From Candidatus Latescibacterota bacterium (GTDB lineage Bacteria; Latescibacterota; UBA2968; SICM01), in contig CBDCJO010000002.1 in NCBI GenBank assembly GCA_965217865.1, positions 3,296,001 to 3,360,000 of the forward strand: a stretch of 64,000 nucleotides of DNA, read 5' to 3'. How positions within the stretch are numbered: position 1 is the stretch's first letter; every line of letters begins with the position of its first letter. A program made the translations under genes and the position numbers. Shown here piece by piece: positions 33,060-43,260 of this stretch. The notes beneath the pieces were generated by a model. That model was given only the letters and a program-made list of their open reading frames with translations. It was not told the DNA's origin and made no database searches.

Positions 33060-33997
33060 AAGCCGTCTGGGGGGTTCTCGGGCTGATCGTATTGATTGTC
33101 GTCATATCATCAGCGTATGTGGTACAAGAGACCGAACAGGTCGTGATTACACAATTCGGAAAACCGGTCGGGACTCCGATTACCGACCCGGGGCTTCATT
33201 TTAAAGTTCCGATCATCCAGGTCGCCCATTTTTTTGAAAAGCGGTTTTTGGAATGGGATGGGGATCCCAACCAGGTCCCGACCCGAGACAAGAGATTCAT
33301 CTGGGTGGATACCTATGCGCGCTGGCGGATCTCGGACCCCCTGCTGTTCTTTCAGAGGGTTCGGGACGAGCGCAGGGCCCAGTCCCGGTTGGACGATGTC
33401 CTGGACGGAGAGACCCGGAATGCGATCGCAAAGCACGATCTTGTCGAAGTCATCCGTACTTCCAACCGGACACCAAAGGCCAGCCAAGACCTGACCGAGG
33501 GGGAGGAGGCCGAGACCTTTCCTCGTATCGATATCGGGCGTGAAAAAATCACGCGCGGGATTCTGGAAACGGCTGCCCCGCGTACCGCGGAACTCGGTAT
33601 CGAACTGCTGGACCTTCGGTTCAAACGAATCAAGTATGTGGAGGAAGTTCAGAAGAAGATCTTCGAACGGATGATTTCGGAGCGACAACGAATCGCGGAA
33701 AAATTCAGGTCTGAAGGTCAGGGTGAGGCGAGCAAGATCATGGGCGATAAAGAGCGCGACCTGAAACAGATTCAATCCGAGGCCTACAAGACCGCGCAGG
33801 AGATCATCGGGAAGGCGGACGGTGAGGCCGTGGCGATCTACGCGAAGGCCTACAATCAGAGCCCAGAGGCGCGTGATTTTTACGGTTTCTTGAAGACTAT
33901 GGAGACTTACCAGACGACGTTGCTGGATAAGGACTGGCTGATTTTATCCACCAAGGGAGACTTTTTAAAATACCTTCAAGACCAAAGGGGGAGATAG
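33056..33997 (+). CDS. hflC: FtsH protease modulator HflC
   Basis: 'VITQFGKP...PGLHFK', 'ARWRISDP', 'IFERMISER..IAEKFRSEG'; ATGA overlap with hflK. Confidence 0.95.
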   Translation: MKAVWGVLGLIVLIVVISSAYVVQETEQVVITQFGKPVGTPITDPGLHFKVPIIQVAHFFEKRFLEWDGDPNQVPTRDKRFIWVDTYARWRISDPLLFFQRVRDERRAQSRLDDVLDGETRNAIAKHDLVEVIRTSNRTPKASQDLTEGEEAETFPRIDIGREKITRGILETAAPRTAELGIELLDLRFKRIKYVEEVQKKIFERMISERQRIAEKFRSEGQGEASKIMGDKERDLKQIQSEAYKTAQEIIGKADGEAVAIYAKAYNQSPEARDFYGFLKTMETYQTTLLDKDWLILSTKGDFLKYLQDQRGR

Positions 33998-34133
33998 TCA
34001 GAGGCCAGAGTTCGGAGGTCGGATGTCAGGGAAACCAGTAGCAGTGGCAGAGGACAGGAAAGCCGGGGATCGTGGATCGCGATTCCGTAACCAGTGACGG
34101 ACATACAAAATTTGGTCAGACCTAACTCCCAAA

Positions 34134-34170
34134 CCCCCTTCCTAAAGGGAAGGGGGTATTGTTTTATTTT
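34134..34170 (+). terminator. GC hairpin plus T-rich tail downstream of hflC
   Basis: CCCCCTTCC-taaag-GGAAGGGGG followed by tattgttttatttt. Confidence 0.55.
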
Positions 34171-34230
34171 AACCAAACTTTAAGCATTTGATTCTCCTCT
34201 AGCTAACCGTCCTTACCCTTTCATCGAACC

Positions 34231-34435
34231 GGAACATGTCAACAATTTTGAGACACTGAAAGTTGGAATTCAGTGAAGTTTCCGGCCGTCTCCATAAGAG
34301 GTGTCATCGGCAACCGTGGATCCCCGTGCAGGTATCGGGACCGGGTTCGATTTGGTATCACCTGGCGTAATAACGATTGGATCCTGCTGGGACTTATCCG
34401 AGATCCGGGGTGGATTGATCCAGACCTCGGAAAGT
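34231..34435 (-). mobile_element. IS3-like right-end remnant; rearranged paralog at 47049-47270
   Basis: Encodes 'SEVWINPP'; ends tgtctcaaaattgttgacatgttccg. Confidence 0.6.
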
Positions 34436-34673
34436 CGGTAACACGAACGTCTTCAAACACGGTTTTTTCACCGTCACGGCGATCGTCGAGCGGCGGGAAG
34501 CGGCTGCGCTCATTCGTGAGATGGAGAGCCTTTCTGCCGCTGGGATACCTACCCTACCGGTGACCGTCCGAAAGTGTCGGAGAAGAGGTCAGGAGACGAT
34601 CCGGTCCAGGATGGAGTGTCGAAAAAATGTCCTTGGTAGTATATGACGGTTAGAGGGGCCACCCGGGAGTGAT

Positions 34674-35519
34674 ATGAATAATCCGGACGACGATCCGAAA
34701 TATACGATGGGTCGCAGCCGGGAGGAGACGGACCGGTTGATTCGGCAGTCGCGGCTGTATGAGGGTCTGACCCGGCGTTTTCTCAAGGAGGCGGGCCTGG
34801 TCAGCGGGATGAGGGTCCTCGATATCGGCAGTGGTGCCGGAGACGTGGCACTGGCCGCAACTGAACTGGTTGGTCCGGCAGGTCAGGTTGTGGGCGTGGA
34901 TGTCAACGGGAAGATTCTGGAAACGGCTCGAGTGCGGGTCGGAAAAGCGGGATGGACAAATGTCGAATTCGTGGCGGGGGACGCGCGAACCCTTGATCTG
35001 GGGGGCGACTTCGATGCCCTGGTGGGCCGGTTTGTCCTCATGTATATGTCCGACCCCTCAGAGGCTCTGAAACAATTCGCCGGGTGCCTTCGCCCGGGGG
35101 GCATCGTGGCTTTTCAGGAGATTGATTTCATGTTTCGACGCTCGTTTCATCCTCCGAATACCCCCCTTGCGAAAAAGCTGATCGGTTGGGCTATCGCAGT
35201 GTTTGAGCGTTCGGGTGCGCATACCGGTATGGGCTTCGACCTGTATCGTGCTTTCGTCGATGCCGGTCTGCCTGAACCTGTCCTGGAGGGCACGGCGCTG
35301 GGGGGCGGTTCAGCAGGGTGGCCCGGATACGAATACATCGCTGACAGCGTTCAAAGCGTTCTTCCTCTTATGGAGGAGTATGGAATTGCGACCTCTGAAG
35401 AGGTGGATGTGAAGACGTTGCCGGAGCGGCTTCGGAAAGAAGTCGTTGCGGCGAAATCTCCGATTTTATTGCCGATGAATGTAACTGCCTGGACACGGCT
35501 GACGATGGACAGCGCATGA
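34674..35519 (+). CDS. Class I SAM-dependent methyltransferase
   Basis: 'RVLDIGSGAGDV', 'VVGVD', 'FDALVGRFVLMY', 'LRPGG'. Confidence 0.9.
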   Translation: MNNPDDDPKYTMGRSREETDRLIRQSRLYEGLTRRFLKEAGLVSGMRVLDIGSGAGDVALAATELVGPAGQVVGVDVNGKILETARVRVGKAGWTNVEFVAGDARTLDLGGDFDALVGRFVLMYMSDPSEALKQFAGCLRPGGIVAFQEIDFMFRRSFHPPNTPLAKKLIGWAIAVFERSGAHTGMGFDLYRAFVDAGLPEPVLEGTALGGGSAGWPGYEYIADSVQSVLPLMEEYGIATSEEVDVKTLPERLRKEVVAAKSPILLPMNVTAWTRLTMDSA

Positions 35520-35780
35520 CCTATGACACGGGATGTTCCATGTTTTATATTTTATAAAATTATTCATTGTTTTATTAAGACTCTTTTAATATGTTGGGGC
35601 TGTCAACATTCGAGCAGATTTCCCGTCTGTCGTGGCCTCCTCCTTCTCGCTGGGGATAGGTCTTTGGATGAACTTCCGTTTTCCCAAAGATAACCCCCGA
35701 TCACCGAGATCGGAAGAGGTCTTTCATATACTCGTCAATACATAAAGTCTGGAATATCCAGCCAAATCTGGAGCAGACCT

Positions 35781-37283
35781 ATGACAACGCCCGTTACCGC
35801 CGCAATGCTCTATGACCTTGTGGCCTGTCCGCACCGTGTGACGATGGACCTCTTCGGCGATCCGGGCGAGCGGGACCACCCGAACTCTTTTATTGAGTTG
35901 CTTTGGAAGCGCGGCGCCCTCTACGAACATGAGGTTATGGAAGGGCTGGACATACCCTTCCTCGATCTCTCTTCCTTCGCCGAAGACGAAAAAGAACGGC
36001 GGACGCTTGAAGCTATACGCCGTGGAGAACCGCTGATTTACAGCGGCCGCATTCAGGCTGACGGACTCCTCGGGAATCCGGATCTTCTGCGCAAGGAGAG
36101 CAATGGTTATTCCGCCGGCGACATCAAGTCGGGTGCTGGAGAAGAAGGCCCGGAGGATCTATCGAAGCCCAAGAAGCACTATGCCGTTCAACTCGCGCTG
36201 TACATGGACATCCTTGAGCGCAGGGGCTTGTCCGCTGGCCGCTGCGGCTTTATCTGGGATATTAACGGCGACGAGGTGATCTACGAATTCACCGAACCGT
36301 ACGGAAAGCGTAACGCACGCACACTCTGGCAGGACTACCAGGAATGCCTCGCCGAAGCGCAGGCAATCGTCGCTAGGAAGTCAGAAACTCTCGCGGCTTT
36401 CAGCGGAGTCTGCAAGCTCTGCCACTGGTACAATGCCTGCCTTGATCAACTCACCGCAGCGGACGACCTGACGCTGATCCCGGATCTTGGACGGTCCAAA
36501 AGGGACGCCATGATTGGCCATGTGGCGACTATCAGGGATTTTGCCGTAGCCGACCCGGCGCGGTTTATGGCGGGCTCGAAGACGATCTTTCCCGGCATAG
36601 GTCCTCCAACGCTTGAGAAGCTACACGCCCGCGCTAGGCTGATCGCCACAGGCGAGGACGCCAAGCCGTATTTTCGGAAGCGAATACCGCTGCCGACTGC
36701 GGATCTGGAGTTGTTTTTCGATGTCGAGGTCGATCCTCTCCGCGACATTTGCTACCTGCACGGTTTCGTCGAGCGGCGCGGCGGCGAAAATGAAACAGAG
36801 CGTTTCGTCGCCTTTTTCGCGGAAGAGCCCACCGCAGAGGCCGAGCAGAAGGCGTTCGCCGATGCGTGGCGGTATATGCAGAGCAGCCAACCCTGCATCA
36901 TCTACTATTATTCCAAGTACGAGCGGACCATCTACCGGAAGCTCGGAGAGAAGTATCCGGACATTTGCAGCGCGGAAGAGCTTGAAGCGCTGTTCGACCC
37001 GGCGCGCGCCGTGGATCTGTATTTCGATGTGGTGCAGAAAGCCACGGAATGGCCGACACGGGATCTCTCGATCAAGACCCTGGCCAGTTATCTCGGTTTC
37101 GCGTGGCGGGATACTCACCCCTCGGGGGCAGCTTCAATTGAATGGTTTGACAGGTGGATCGAAACCGCTGACCCGACAGTGCGGCAGCGCATCCTCGATT
37201 ACAATGAGGATGACTGCCGGGCGATGCGGATTCTTCGCGATGCGCTCCCCGGCCTTCCGGTCATGACGGGAACCTCTCCATGA
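35781..37283 (+). CDS. TM0106-family RecB-like nuclease (PD-(D/E)XK + RNase H-like domain)
   Basis: 'LYDLVACPHR', 'GNPDLL...GDIKS', 'QLALY', 'CKLCHW...C', 'FFDVE', 'SIKTLA', 'ILDYNEDDC'. Confidence 0.88.
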   Translation: MTTPVTAAMLYDLVACPHRVTMDLFGDPGERDHPNSFIELLWKRGALYEHEVMEGLDIPFLDLSSFAEDEKERRTLEAIRRGEPLIYSGRIQADGLLGNPDLLRKESNGYSAGDIKSGAGEEGPEDLSKPKKHYAVQLALYMDILERRGLSAGRCGFIWDINGDEVIYEFTEPYGKRNARTLWQDYQECLAEAQAIVARKSETLAAFSGVCKLCHWYNACLDQLTAADDLTLIPDLGRSKRDAMIGHVATIRDFAVADPARFMAGSKTIFPGIGPPTLEKLHARARLIATGEDAKPYFRKRIPLPTADLELFFDVEVDPLRDICYLHGFVERRGGENETERFVAFFAEEPTAEAEQKAFADAWRYMQSSQPCIIYYYSKYERTIYRKLGEKYPDICSAEELEALFDPARAVDLYFDVVQKATEWPTRDLSIKTLASYLGFAWRDTHPSGAASIEWFDRWIETADPTVRQRILDYNEDDCRAMRILRDALPGLPVMTGTSP

Positions 37284-37590
37284 ACGGGCCAGCCGCGAAA
37301 CATGATGCGCAGAAGCTTCTCGCGGGCCTGCGGGATCACTTGGCGCGACACGACAAACCGATTGCTTTTTTCTTCGGAGCCGGAACCTCCTGCGCGGTGC
37401 AGGTTTCCGAATCCGGGGACGGCACGGCGAAAAAACCATTGATTCCCGACGTTGCCGGTTTGACTCTCCTCTGCGAGGAAGCTGTCGCATTATTAGACGA
37501 CAAATACGCGCAAGCGTGGACGGCGATCAAGGATCAATGCAAAGTGGCGAAACAGTGTCCCAACGTTGAGAACATTCTCTCTCGCTGCAG
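37280..37590 (+). pseudogene. SIR2-like protein N-terminal fragment, fused at ~37590 to an unrelated CsgG/FlgT-like C-terminal piece
   Basis: 'IAFFFGAGTS...LIPDVAGLT...NVENILS'; downstream part has lower GC and 'IINYG...FVDPDTGE'. Confidence 0.7.
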
Positions 37591-37929
37591 CACCGCGGAT
37601 CCATTCGCCGAAGTTCAGCGGATTGTTGCCAGAAAAATCTCGGAGAAGATTGTAACCTCCAAATTCCCGATCAAGGTTATTAATGTGCAGTCCGATGGTA
37701 ATCTGATCATAAATTATGGCGACGTGTTTTTCAAGCAAGGCGATAAGCTTTCCTTATTCAAGACTACGGGAGAAGCATTCGTTGATCCCGATACTGGCGA
37801 AATTATAAAATACTTATGACCAAATGGCGCGGCTGCACGCTTACCTGGACTATGTGTCCCCGGCCCTTTTTGAACGGCTATCGCTGCAGAAAGCGGCTTA
37901 AACCACTGTCCACTTTTCCCGGGTCATAT

Positions 37930-38325
37930 CACCGGCTGTAGTCGGATCGCACGGGATCGCGATATAAGGCAACCCCTCCTGCGAAAAACCCGCGAGCTTG
38001 GCGCTGACCTTGGCCATCTGCATCAGGGACATCGCGCTTTCCTGCATCCGGGCCCCGCCTGACCTGCAGACCAGGACGAGCGGAAGTCGATCCAGTGTAC
38101 AACGGTTGATCAACCGGCAGATGCGTTCCCCCTCAGCTGAGCCCAGGCTCCCTCCGATAAACCCGATTTCGTGGATCTCGACCTCCACATCACGCCCATC
38201 GATACGCCCGATCCCCGTATAGATCGCCGCTTTAAGACCGGTCTTTTTCCGCATCTGCTTAAGCCGTTCTGAATAGGATATCCGGTCCTTGAACTTGAGG
38301 AAATCCTTGGATTTGACTTCCCCGG
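37930..38325 (-). pseudogene. accD: Acetyl-CoA carboxylase carboxyltransferase beta, internal fragment
   Basis: 'DFLKFKD...Y.ERL...KKTGL', 'FIGGSLGSAEGE', 'SGGARMQE..MSLMQMAK', 'DPTTAG'. Confidence 0.8.
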
Positions 38326-38399
38326 CCACCTCCTCGAAGCTCCCTCCGTCGACGCCGCGTGGACGGCCACAGCGACCGTGGCGGGTTCTTTCCGTAGCT

Positions 38400-38630
38400 G
38401 TGGAGCGTTTGTCCGGCACCGCTCACGCCGCAATCGCCGACTTGGGGAACGATATCCTCATCAGCGCCGCGTCCGCCTGGGAGATCGCTACGAAGTATCG
38501 CCTCGGAAAGCTTCCGGGAGCCGAGGCCGTGGCACACGACGTGGTCGGCTGCATCGCGAGCCAAGGATTCGGAGAGATGCCAATTACCGCAATACATGCA
38601 GATACTGCTGGCAAAAAGCTCACGACATGA
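38400..38630 (+). pseudogene. VapC/PIN toxin internal fragment
   Basis: 'ILISAASAWEIATKYRLGKL...MPITAIHA'. Confidence 0.75.
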
Positions 38631-39103
38631 GCACTAGTCAATTTCAAATTCAGGAAGCAGCAGGAGCACATTATCAGCAGCTTGCAGAGCTTCTTGAAAT
38701 GAATCACCAATCCACACGGGACATTCTCGCCCCTGGTACAAAATACTGGCTAGCTCGCGAGACTGGGGGAGGGACAATAGGCACGATTGGAATTGAACTC
38801 GGGAACGATTCCATCTTATTGCGAAGTCTGGGTGTCCTAATGCCTTGGCATCGACATGGCGTCGGTGGAGCATTGATTCACCGTGCGCTAGAGTCTGCGA
38901 GGCAAACCGAATTCAAGAAGGCTTATCTATTTAGCAGAACTGCTGGAAAATACTGGATGAGATTCGGGTTCTACCAGGTTTCGGTATCAGAGGTGGTTGA
39001 AGCATTGCCGGAAGTTCCTCAAGTGAGGCACTTTCTCGAAGCAGGTACAATCTGGACGGACGTGGCTTGGCGGTGTGACTTGACGCCAAAGCTGCCTAAA
39101 TGA
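38627..39103 (+). CDS. GNAT-family N-acetyltransferase
   Basis: 'LLRSLGV..WHRHGVGGALI...AYLF...YWMRFGF'. Confidence 0.8.
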   Translation: MSTSQFQIQEAAGAHYQQLAELLEMNHQSTRDILAPGTKYWLARETGGGTIGTIGIELGNDSILLRSLGVLMPWHRHGVGGALIHRALESARQTEFKKAYLFSRTAGKYWMRFGFYQVSVSEVVEALPEVPQVRHFLEAGTIWTDVAWRCDLTPKLPK

Positions 39104-39659
39104 GGACAACTCCGTCGACAAGGGAGTTATTCGGCCCTGTGTACAATTAACCCGCTATGCCAAAGAATACTCACGCCAGAACAACCGCCGTCGTCTTCGT
39201 CGAGCTGGCTCAGGGGGATCCCCAGGAACTCGGAGGCTTTTTTTTGGATCTCCAGCATCGCCTCTTTACAGCATCCTCAGCTTATCCCGCTCGTACATGA
39301 AAAATGTACGGGACGTATTATGGGGGGGCAATGGTTAACAAGGAAGGAGCGTCAAGCCTAGAACCAAAAGTTGTACGATATTTAACACTTTGGACGGAAA
39401 CCGGCACCAAATTGGTATACGACGACAAAGCGCGATGGACCTCTGTCCGGGGGGGACAAAATTGGGCTTGGAGATCAATGCCATGGGGTTAACACCCCTT
39501 AATTTTTCCTTCTTGTCCCTTTTTAAACCTTGTAAGTTATCTTTTGTCTGAGATCGCCCGAAAAAACGGGGGCAAGGTCGAAGCAAGATCCTGGTTGCCT
39601 GTAGGGTTGAGAAGGGATACATATTTTGGGATATCCCTGACCTCACAGGAGGAGTAAAG

Positions 39660-39995
39660 ATGGAGCAACTGTCCTCAAACAGTGACCCGGTCAAGAAGCG
39701 CAGGAGCTTGTCCCCGGAACAGAAGTATGAGATTTTCCTTGAAGCCAGCCGGGGAGATGTTCCCATTGCACAGGTGCTGCGGAAATGGGGCATTCATTCC
39801 TCGGATCTAAAGCGTATTCGTGAGTCGGTCAAGTCCGGGGCCCTCAAGGAGTTCAAGGGTCGCCGGAGCCGCAAGCCGATGGTATCGGCTGAGGAGGTGG
39901 AGCAGCTGCGCAAAGAGCGGGCACGCCTGGAGCAAACGATCATTGAGCAATCTGTGGAACTTTCCCTGCTAAAAAAAAGTGTGAATGGGATCTGA
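39660..39995 (+). CDS. IS3-family OrfA (HTH)
   Basis: 'RRSLSPEQKYEI...IAQVLRKWGI' plus leucine zipper. Confidence 0.85.
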   Translation: MEQLSSNSDPVKKRRSLSPEQKYEIFLEASRGDVPIAQVLRKWGIHSSDLKRIRESVKSGALKEFKGRRSRKPMVSAEEVEQLRKERARLEQTIIEQSVELSLLKKSVNGI

Positions 39996-40018
39996 CAGGC
40001 CCGATCAAGGGCCACCGG

Positions 40019-41050
40019 GTGCAAGCTGAGGTCAAACGCGAGATCCTCTTAATGGTCCATCGGGCCAAGGAGAAAGGGGTGAAACTCACCCGTTCTTGCG
40101 AGATCCTACAGCTTCCCCTCCAGCGGTATTGTGCCTGGAGCCGGCGAGATCGAGAAGAGAAGCTGGATGGGGTGTCGGACCCGCTTTTGGATGGGAAGCC
40201 CGGGCCCGCCCCTGATAAGGCCCCACACGGATTGCTGAGGGAGGAGAAAGAGCAAATCCCGGCCCTCTTAAGGGATGAGACCTATGCCGATCTGCCTCCC
40301 CATCAGCTGGCGGTGGTAGCCTCAGAGAAGGGGGTAGTGCAGGCCTCGGCCTCCAGCTTCTACCGACAGGCCAGGAAAGAACGTCTGGCACGCAGGAAAC
40401 AGGTGAGGACGCCGGTCAAGCAGAGCAAGCCCCAGGTCAAACCTGAAGGTCCTAATCAGGTCTGGAGCTGGGACCTGACCTACATCCCATTTTTCGGTTT
40501 GTTCCTGTATTTTACCGCCATTCTCGACGTGTATTCCAGGAAGATCGTAGGATGGAAGCTCTCCTTCAACGCGACCGTGGAGCAGGTCAAACAGGCCTGG
40601 GATCAAGCCCTTGCCAACGAAGGACTGCTGGACCTGGACACTGGGCCCATAAGCTTGACAGCCCTCTCAGATCACGGATCTCAGATGAAGGCCAAATCGA
40701 TGGCCCAATTCTTCAAGGACCTGGGCATCTCGCAGCTGTTTGCCCGATATCAAACACCCACGGACAACGCCTGGATCGAAGCCTTTTTCCGGACATTCAA
40801 ATACGACTGGCTGCGCTTCCAGGACATCTTCACATTCCATCAACTGGAAGGCCTGATTGATTCCTTCATTCACAGCTACAACGCCGAACGCTATCACGGG
40901 GCAATACAGTATGTCACGCCTCTTCAGAGGCATAAAGGCCAGCATCAAAAGATTCTTCACCACCGACAAGGTCGAAAGGAGGAGGCTCGGCAGCGCCGCA
41001 TAGAAATCAATCGGCAAAGAACATCCCAGACCATCCACAAGGCTGCCTGA
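40019..41050 (+). CDS. IS3-family OrfB (DDE integrase core)
   Basis: 'PNQVWSWDLTY', 'SDHGSQM', 'DNAWIEAFFRTFK'. Confidence 0.9.
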   Translation: MQAEVKREILLMVHRAKEKGVKLTRSCEILQLPLQRYCAWSRRDREEKLDGVSDPLLDGKPGPAPDKAPHGLLREEKEQIPALLRDETYADLPPHQLAVVASEKGVVQASASSFYRQARKERLARRKQVRTPVKQSKPQVKPEGPNQVWSWDLTYIPFFGLFLYFTAILDVYSRKIVGWKLSFNATVEQVKQAWDQALANEGLLDLDTGPISLTALSDHGSQMKAKSMAQFFKDLGISQLFARYQTPTDNAWIEAFFRTFKYDWLRFQDIFTFHQLEGLIDSFIHSYNAERYHGAIQYVTPLQRHKGQHQKILHHRQGRKEEARQRRIEINRQRTSQTIHKAA

Positions 41051-41134
41051 ATCTTGCTTGGACCTTTATCTACTTTTCTCTTGTTATCTCAGAATAGATA
41101 CAAAGTCACCAAAAAGTTCCATATCTATCTCGCA

Positions 41135-41735
41135 CGGTCGGCGGCCGTATGATCCGAAAAGGCCGCTTTTGGCCATGGACGAACACCCCGTGCAGTTGAT
41201 CGGAGAGACTCGCATCCCGGTCCCGGAAAAACCGGGACATCCCCGACGTTACGACTATGAGTATGAGCGTAACGGCACAGCCGCGAATTTCTTGTTCCTC
41301 GAGCCCCTGACCGGACGTCGGAAGGTCCACGTCCGGGAACGCAGGACCGCCGTAGACTGGGCTTACGAGATCCAGGAGCTGCTTGAGGTGGACTACCCGG
41401 ATGCGGAAGTCGTGGTCCTGGTCTGCGACAACCTCAATACTCACACCATCGCATCTCTCTACGAGGCCTTCCCACCCGAAAAGGCCCGTTCTCTAGCCAA
41501 ACGCCTCGAATTGCACTACACCCCCAAGCACGGTAGCTGGCTCAATGTCGCCGAGATCGAACTGAGCGTCCTTGCCAGACAATGCCTGGACAGCCGCATG
41601 CCTGACCTGCAGACCCTCACCAACCAGGTGGAGGCCTGGAAATGTGATCGAAACGAGAAACACAGAACCGTTGATTGGCAGTTCACGACCACCGACGCCC
41701 GAATCAAACTGAAGAAGCTCTATCCCAAGTTTTAG
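41135..41735 (+). pseudogene. IS630-family transposase, C-terminal part
   Basis: 'AMDE', 'YDYEYERNGT', 'LVCDNLNTH', 'YTPKHGSWLNVAEIE'. Confidence 0.88.
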
Positions 41736-41857
41736 GTGATCGATCTATGAGAATACGGCGCAAACGATACCGGTGCGGTCAGGTGGTATGATCCAATGAT
41801 GTGACTTGGACAGTCCGAGCGTTATTGCGGCGAGTTCTCACCAGAGAGGAGTAGAAC

Positions 41858-42928
41858 ATGCTTTTCGACATGGACGTGGAGCGAACCGACGGCAGTGCAT
41901 CGGCTCGGGAAAGCAACTACGACTATCTGAGACGCTCGAACCGTCCTGCGGCCATCGAAATCTGCCACTGGATGAATGAATGGTTCTGCGAGCTGCCGTC
42001 CGATGCCAAGCCGAAAATTAAATCCCGGTTAACGGCCACGAAATGCAACACTTTCAACGGGGCTCGATTCGAATTGATTGTCCACCGAATGTTGAAGAAG
42101 CTGGGTCTCAGCGTCGAAATCGAAAGAGAAATACCAGGAACTGACAAGAAGATTGATTTTTTTGTTTGCCCTCTCCCGGGCGAGAACGAGAGGTCAGTCT
42201 ATTTGGAGGCGACTGTCGCCGGGTTCGGGAAAGGTCAACTGTCGTCCAACTGGAACGAACACGACGCGGTCGAAAAACTCAGACAGTATTTTTGTAGTCC
42301 GCATTCGGATATCTGGTTGAAGGCGGAGGGCACACTCCACCACACGCTAGGCAGGAAAGATATCGTTAGGCCGTTCCAAGAGCTATTGGAGCGGTATGGA
42401 CCAGAAGAAGTGCGTCAACTGCATTCCACTGGACGGCAGTGGAAAAAACCACATTGCGAAATCAAAGACGAACGCTGGGTGCTGACAGGGTACCTCGATC
42501 CACTACGTTCATCATCTGGCGTTGGGCAGGTTTTCGGTCCGGCGCGTAGCGGGACGGTCGATGGATCTAAGGCGATTCGAGATGAGCTATGCAAGAAAGC
42601 AAGTGGCTGTAGAAACGTAGATTTGCAGGGTATTCCCCTGCTTGTCGCTGTCAACGGTTGTGATTCCGAATTCTTTTTGAGTGAACATGATGAGATCGAT
42701 ATCCGACGCGCCCTGTTCAAGGAGCCTAATGGAGAGGAGTGCACCGGAGAGTTCCACGAATCTTTGCGTTGTCTGTCCGGGGTGATTGTCTTCAATCATG
42801 CCGTTCTGAGAAACGAAAGGCGGTCGAGAGTGCAGCTGTTCGGAAACGAAACCGGAGAGATTCCAGAGTATCTTCACTTTCTGTTCGCCCCTCAAGAGCT
42901 TGGCGTGTTGCTCGGTATCGAATCCTGA
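41858..42928 (+). CDS. Hypothetical protein, likely restriction-endonuclease-like fold
   Basis: AGGAG RBS; 'FELIVH...KKIDFFV...VYLEAT' E-D-ExT pattern. Confidence 0.65.
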   Translation: MLFDMDVERTDGSASARESNYDYLRRSNRPAAIEICHWMNEWFCELPSDAKPKIKSRLTATKCNTFNGARFELIVHRMLKKLGLSVEIEREIPGTDKKIDFFVCPLPGENERSVYLEATVAGFGKGQLSSNWNEHDAVEKLRQYFCSPHSDIWLKAEGTLHHTLGRKDIVRPFQELLERYGPEEVRQLHSTGRQWKKPHCEIKDERWVLTGYLDPLRSSSGVGQVFGPARSGTVDGSKAIRDELCKKASGCRNVDLQGIPLLVAVNGCDSEFFLSEHDEIDIRRALFKEPNGEECTGEFHESLRCLSGVIVFNHAVLRNERRSRVQLFGNETGEIPEYLHFLFAPQELGVLLGIES

Positions 42929-43009
42929 AAAAAGCATCGGCCGAACAGATGCGTGAATTTGCGCGGGAGTGTGACTCCCGCCAACAGTTCATCAATCAGT
43001 CCTCTATAC

Positions 43010-43155
43010 GGCGACGCTGGGAGAACCAGCCCGCCGGCGGATGGTCGGTCGAAGACCTCGACGCGACAGAGATCCGGCGCACGGTCTCGGAGGCGATCCG
43101 GCGAGGCCGACTGGAAGACCCGGGGACTCGGGAACCGGCTGAATTGTTGCGCGGC
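43010..43155 (+). pseudogene. Fragment of an AlbA_2/RecG-C-type ATP-binding protein
   Basis: 'RWENQPAGGWSVEDLD.TEIRRTVSEAIRRGRLEDPGTREPAELLRG'. Confidence 0.5.
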
Positions 43156-43164
43156 GGCGGTGCT

Positions 43165-43260
43165 GTTCGATGGTGTTGGTCGCCACGAAGTTGAAGATCA
43201 GGCAGTCGTGCCGCTGGCCGTAGCGGTGGATGCGGCCCATCCGCTGCTCGAGCCGGTTCG
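43165..43260 (-). pseudogene. SNF2 helicase motif VI fragment
   Basis: 'RLEQRMGRIHRYGQRHDCLIFNFVATNT'. Confidence 0.75.

Larger units (their letters stand above)
39537..41102 (+). mobile_element. IS3-family element, copy 1
   Basis: Imperfect TIRs (T[G]TATCTTTTGTCTGAGAT / ATCTCAGAATAGATACA); AAG on both flanks; A-run at the end of orfA as a likely -1 frameshift site. Confidence 0.88.

Noticed and set aside
37280-37819. SIR2-CsgG fusion as a functional protein
   Set aside because: Both parts are incomplete, with a GC shift at the join; more likely a deletion junction.
38378-39103. 241-aa ORF as a PIN-GNAT fusion
   Set aside because: The PIN fragment is in a different frame; the GNAT starts at 38627.
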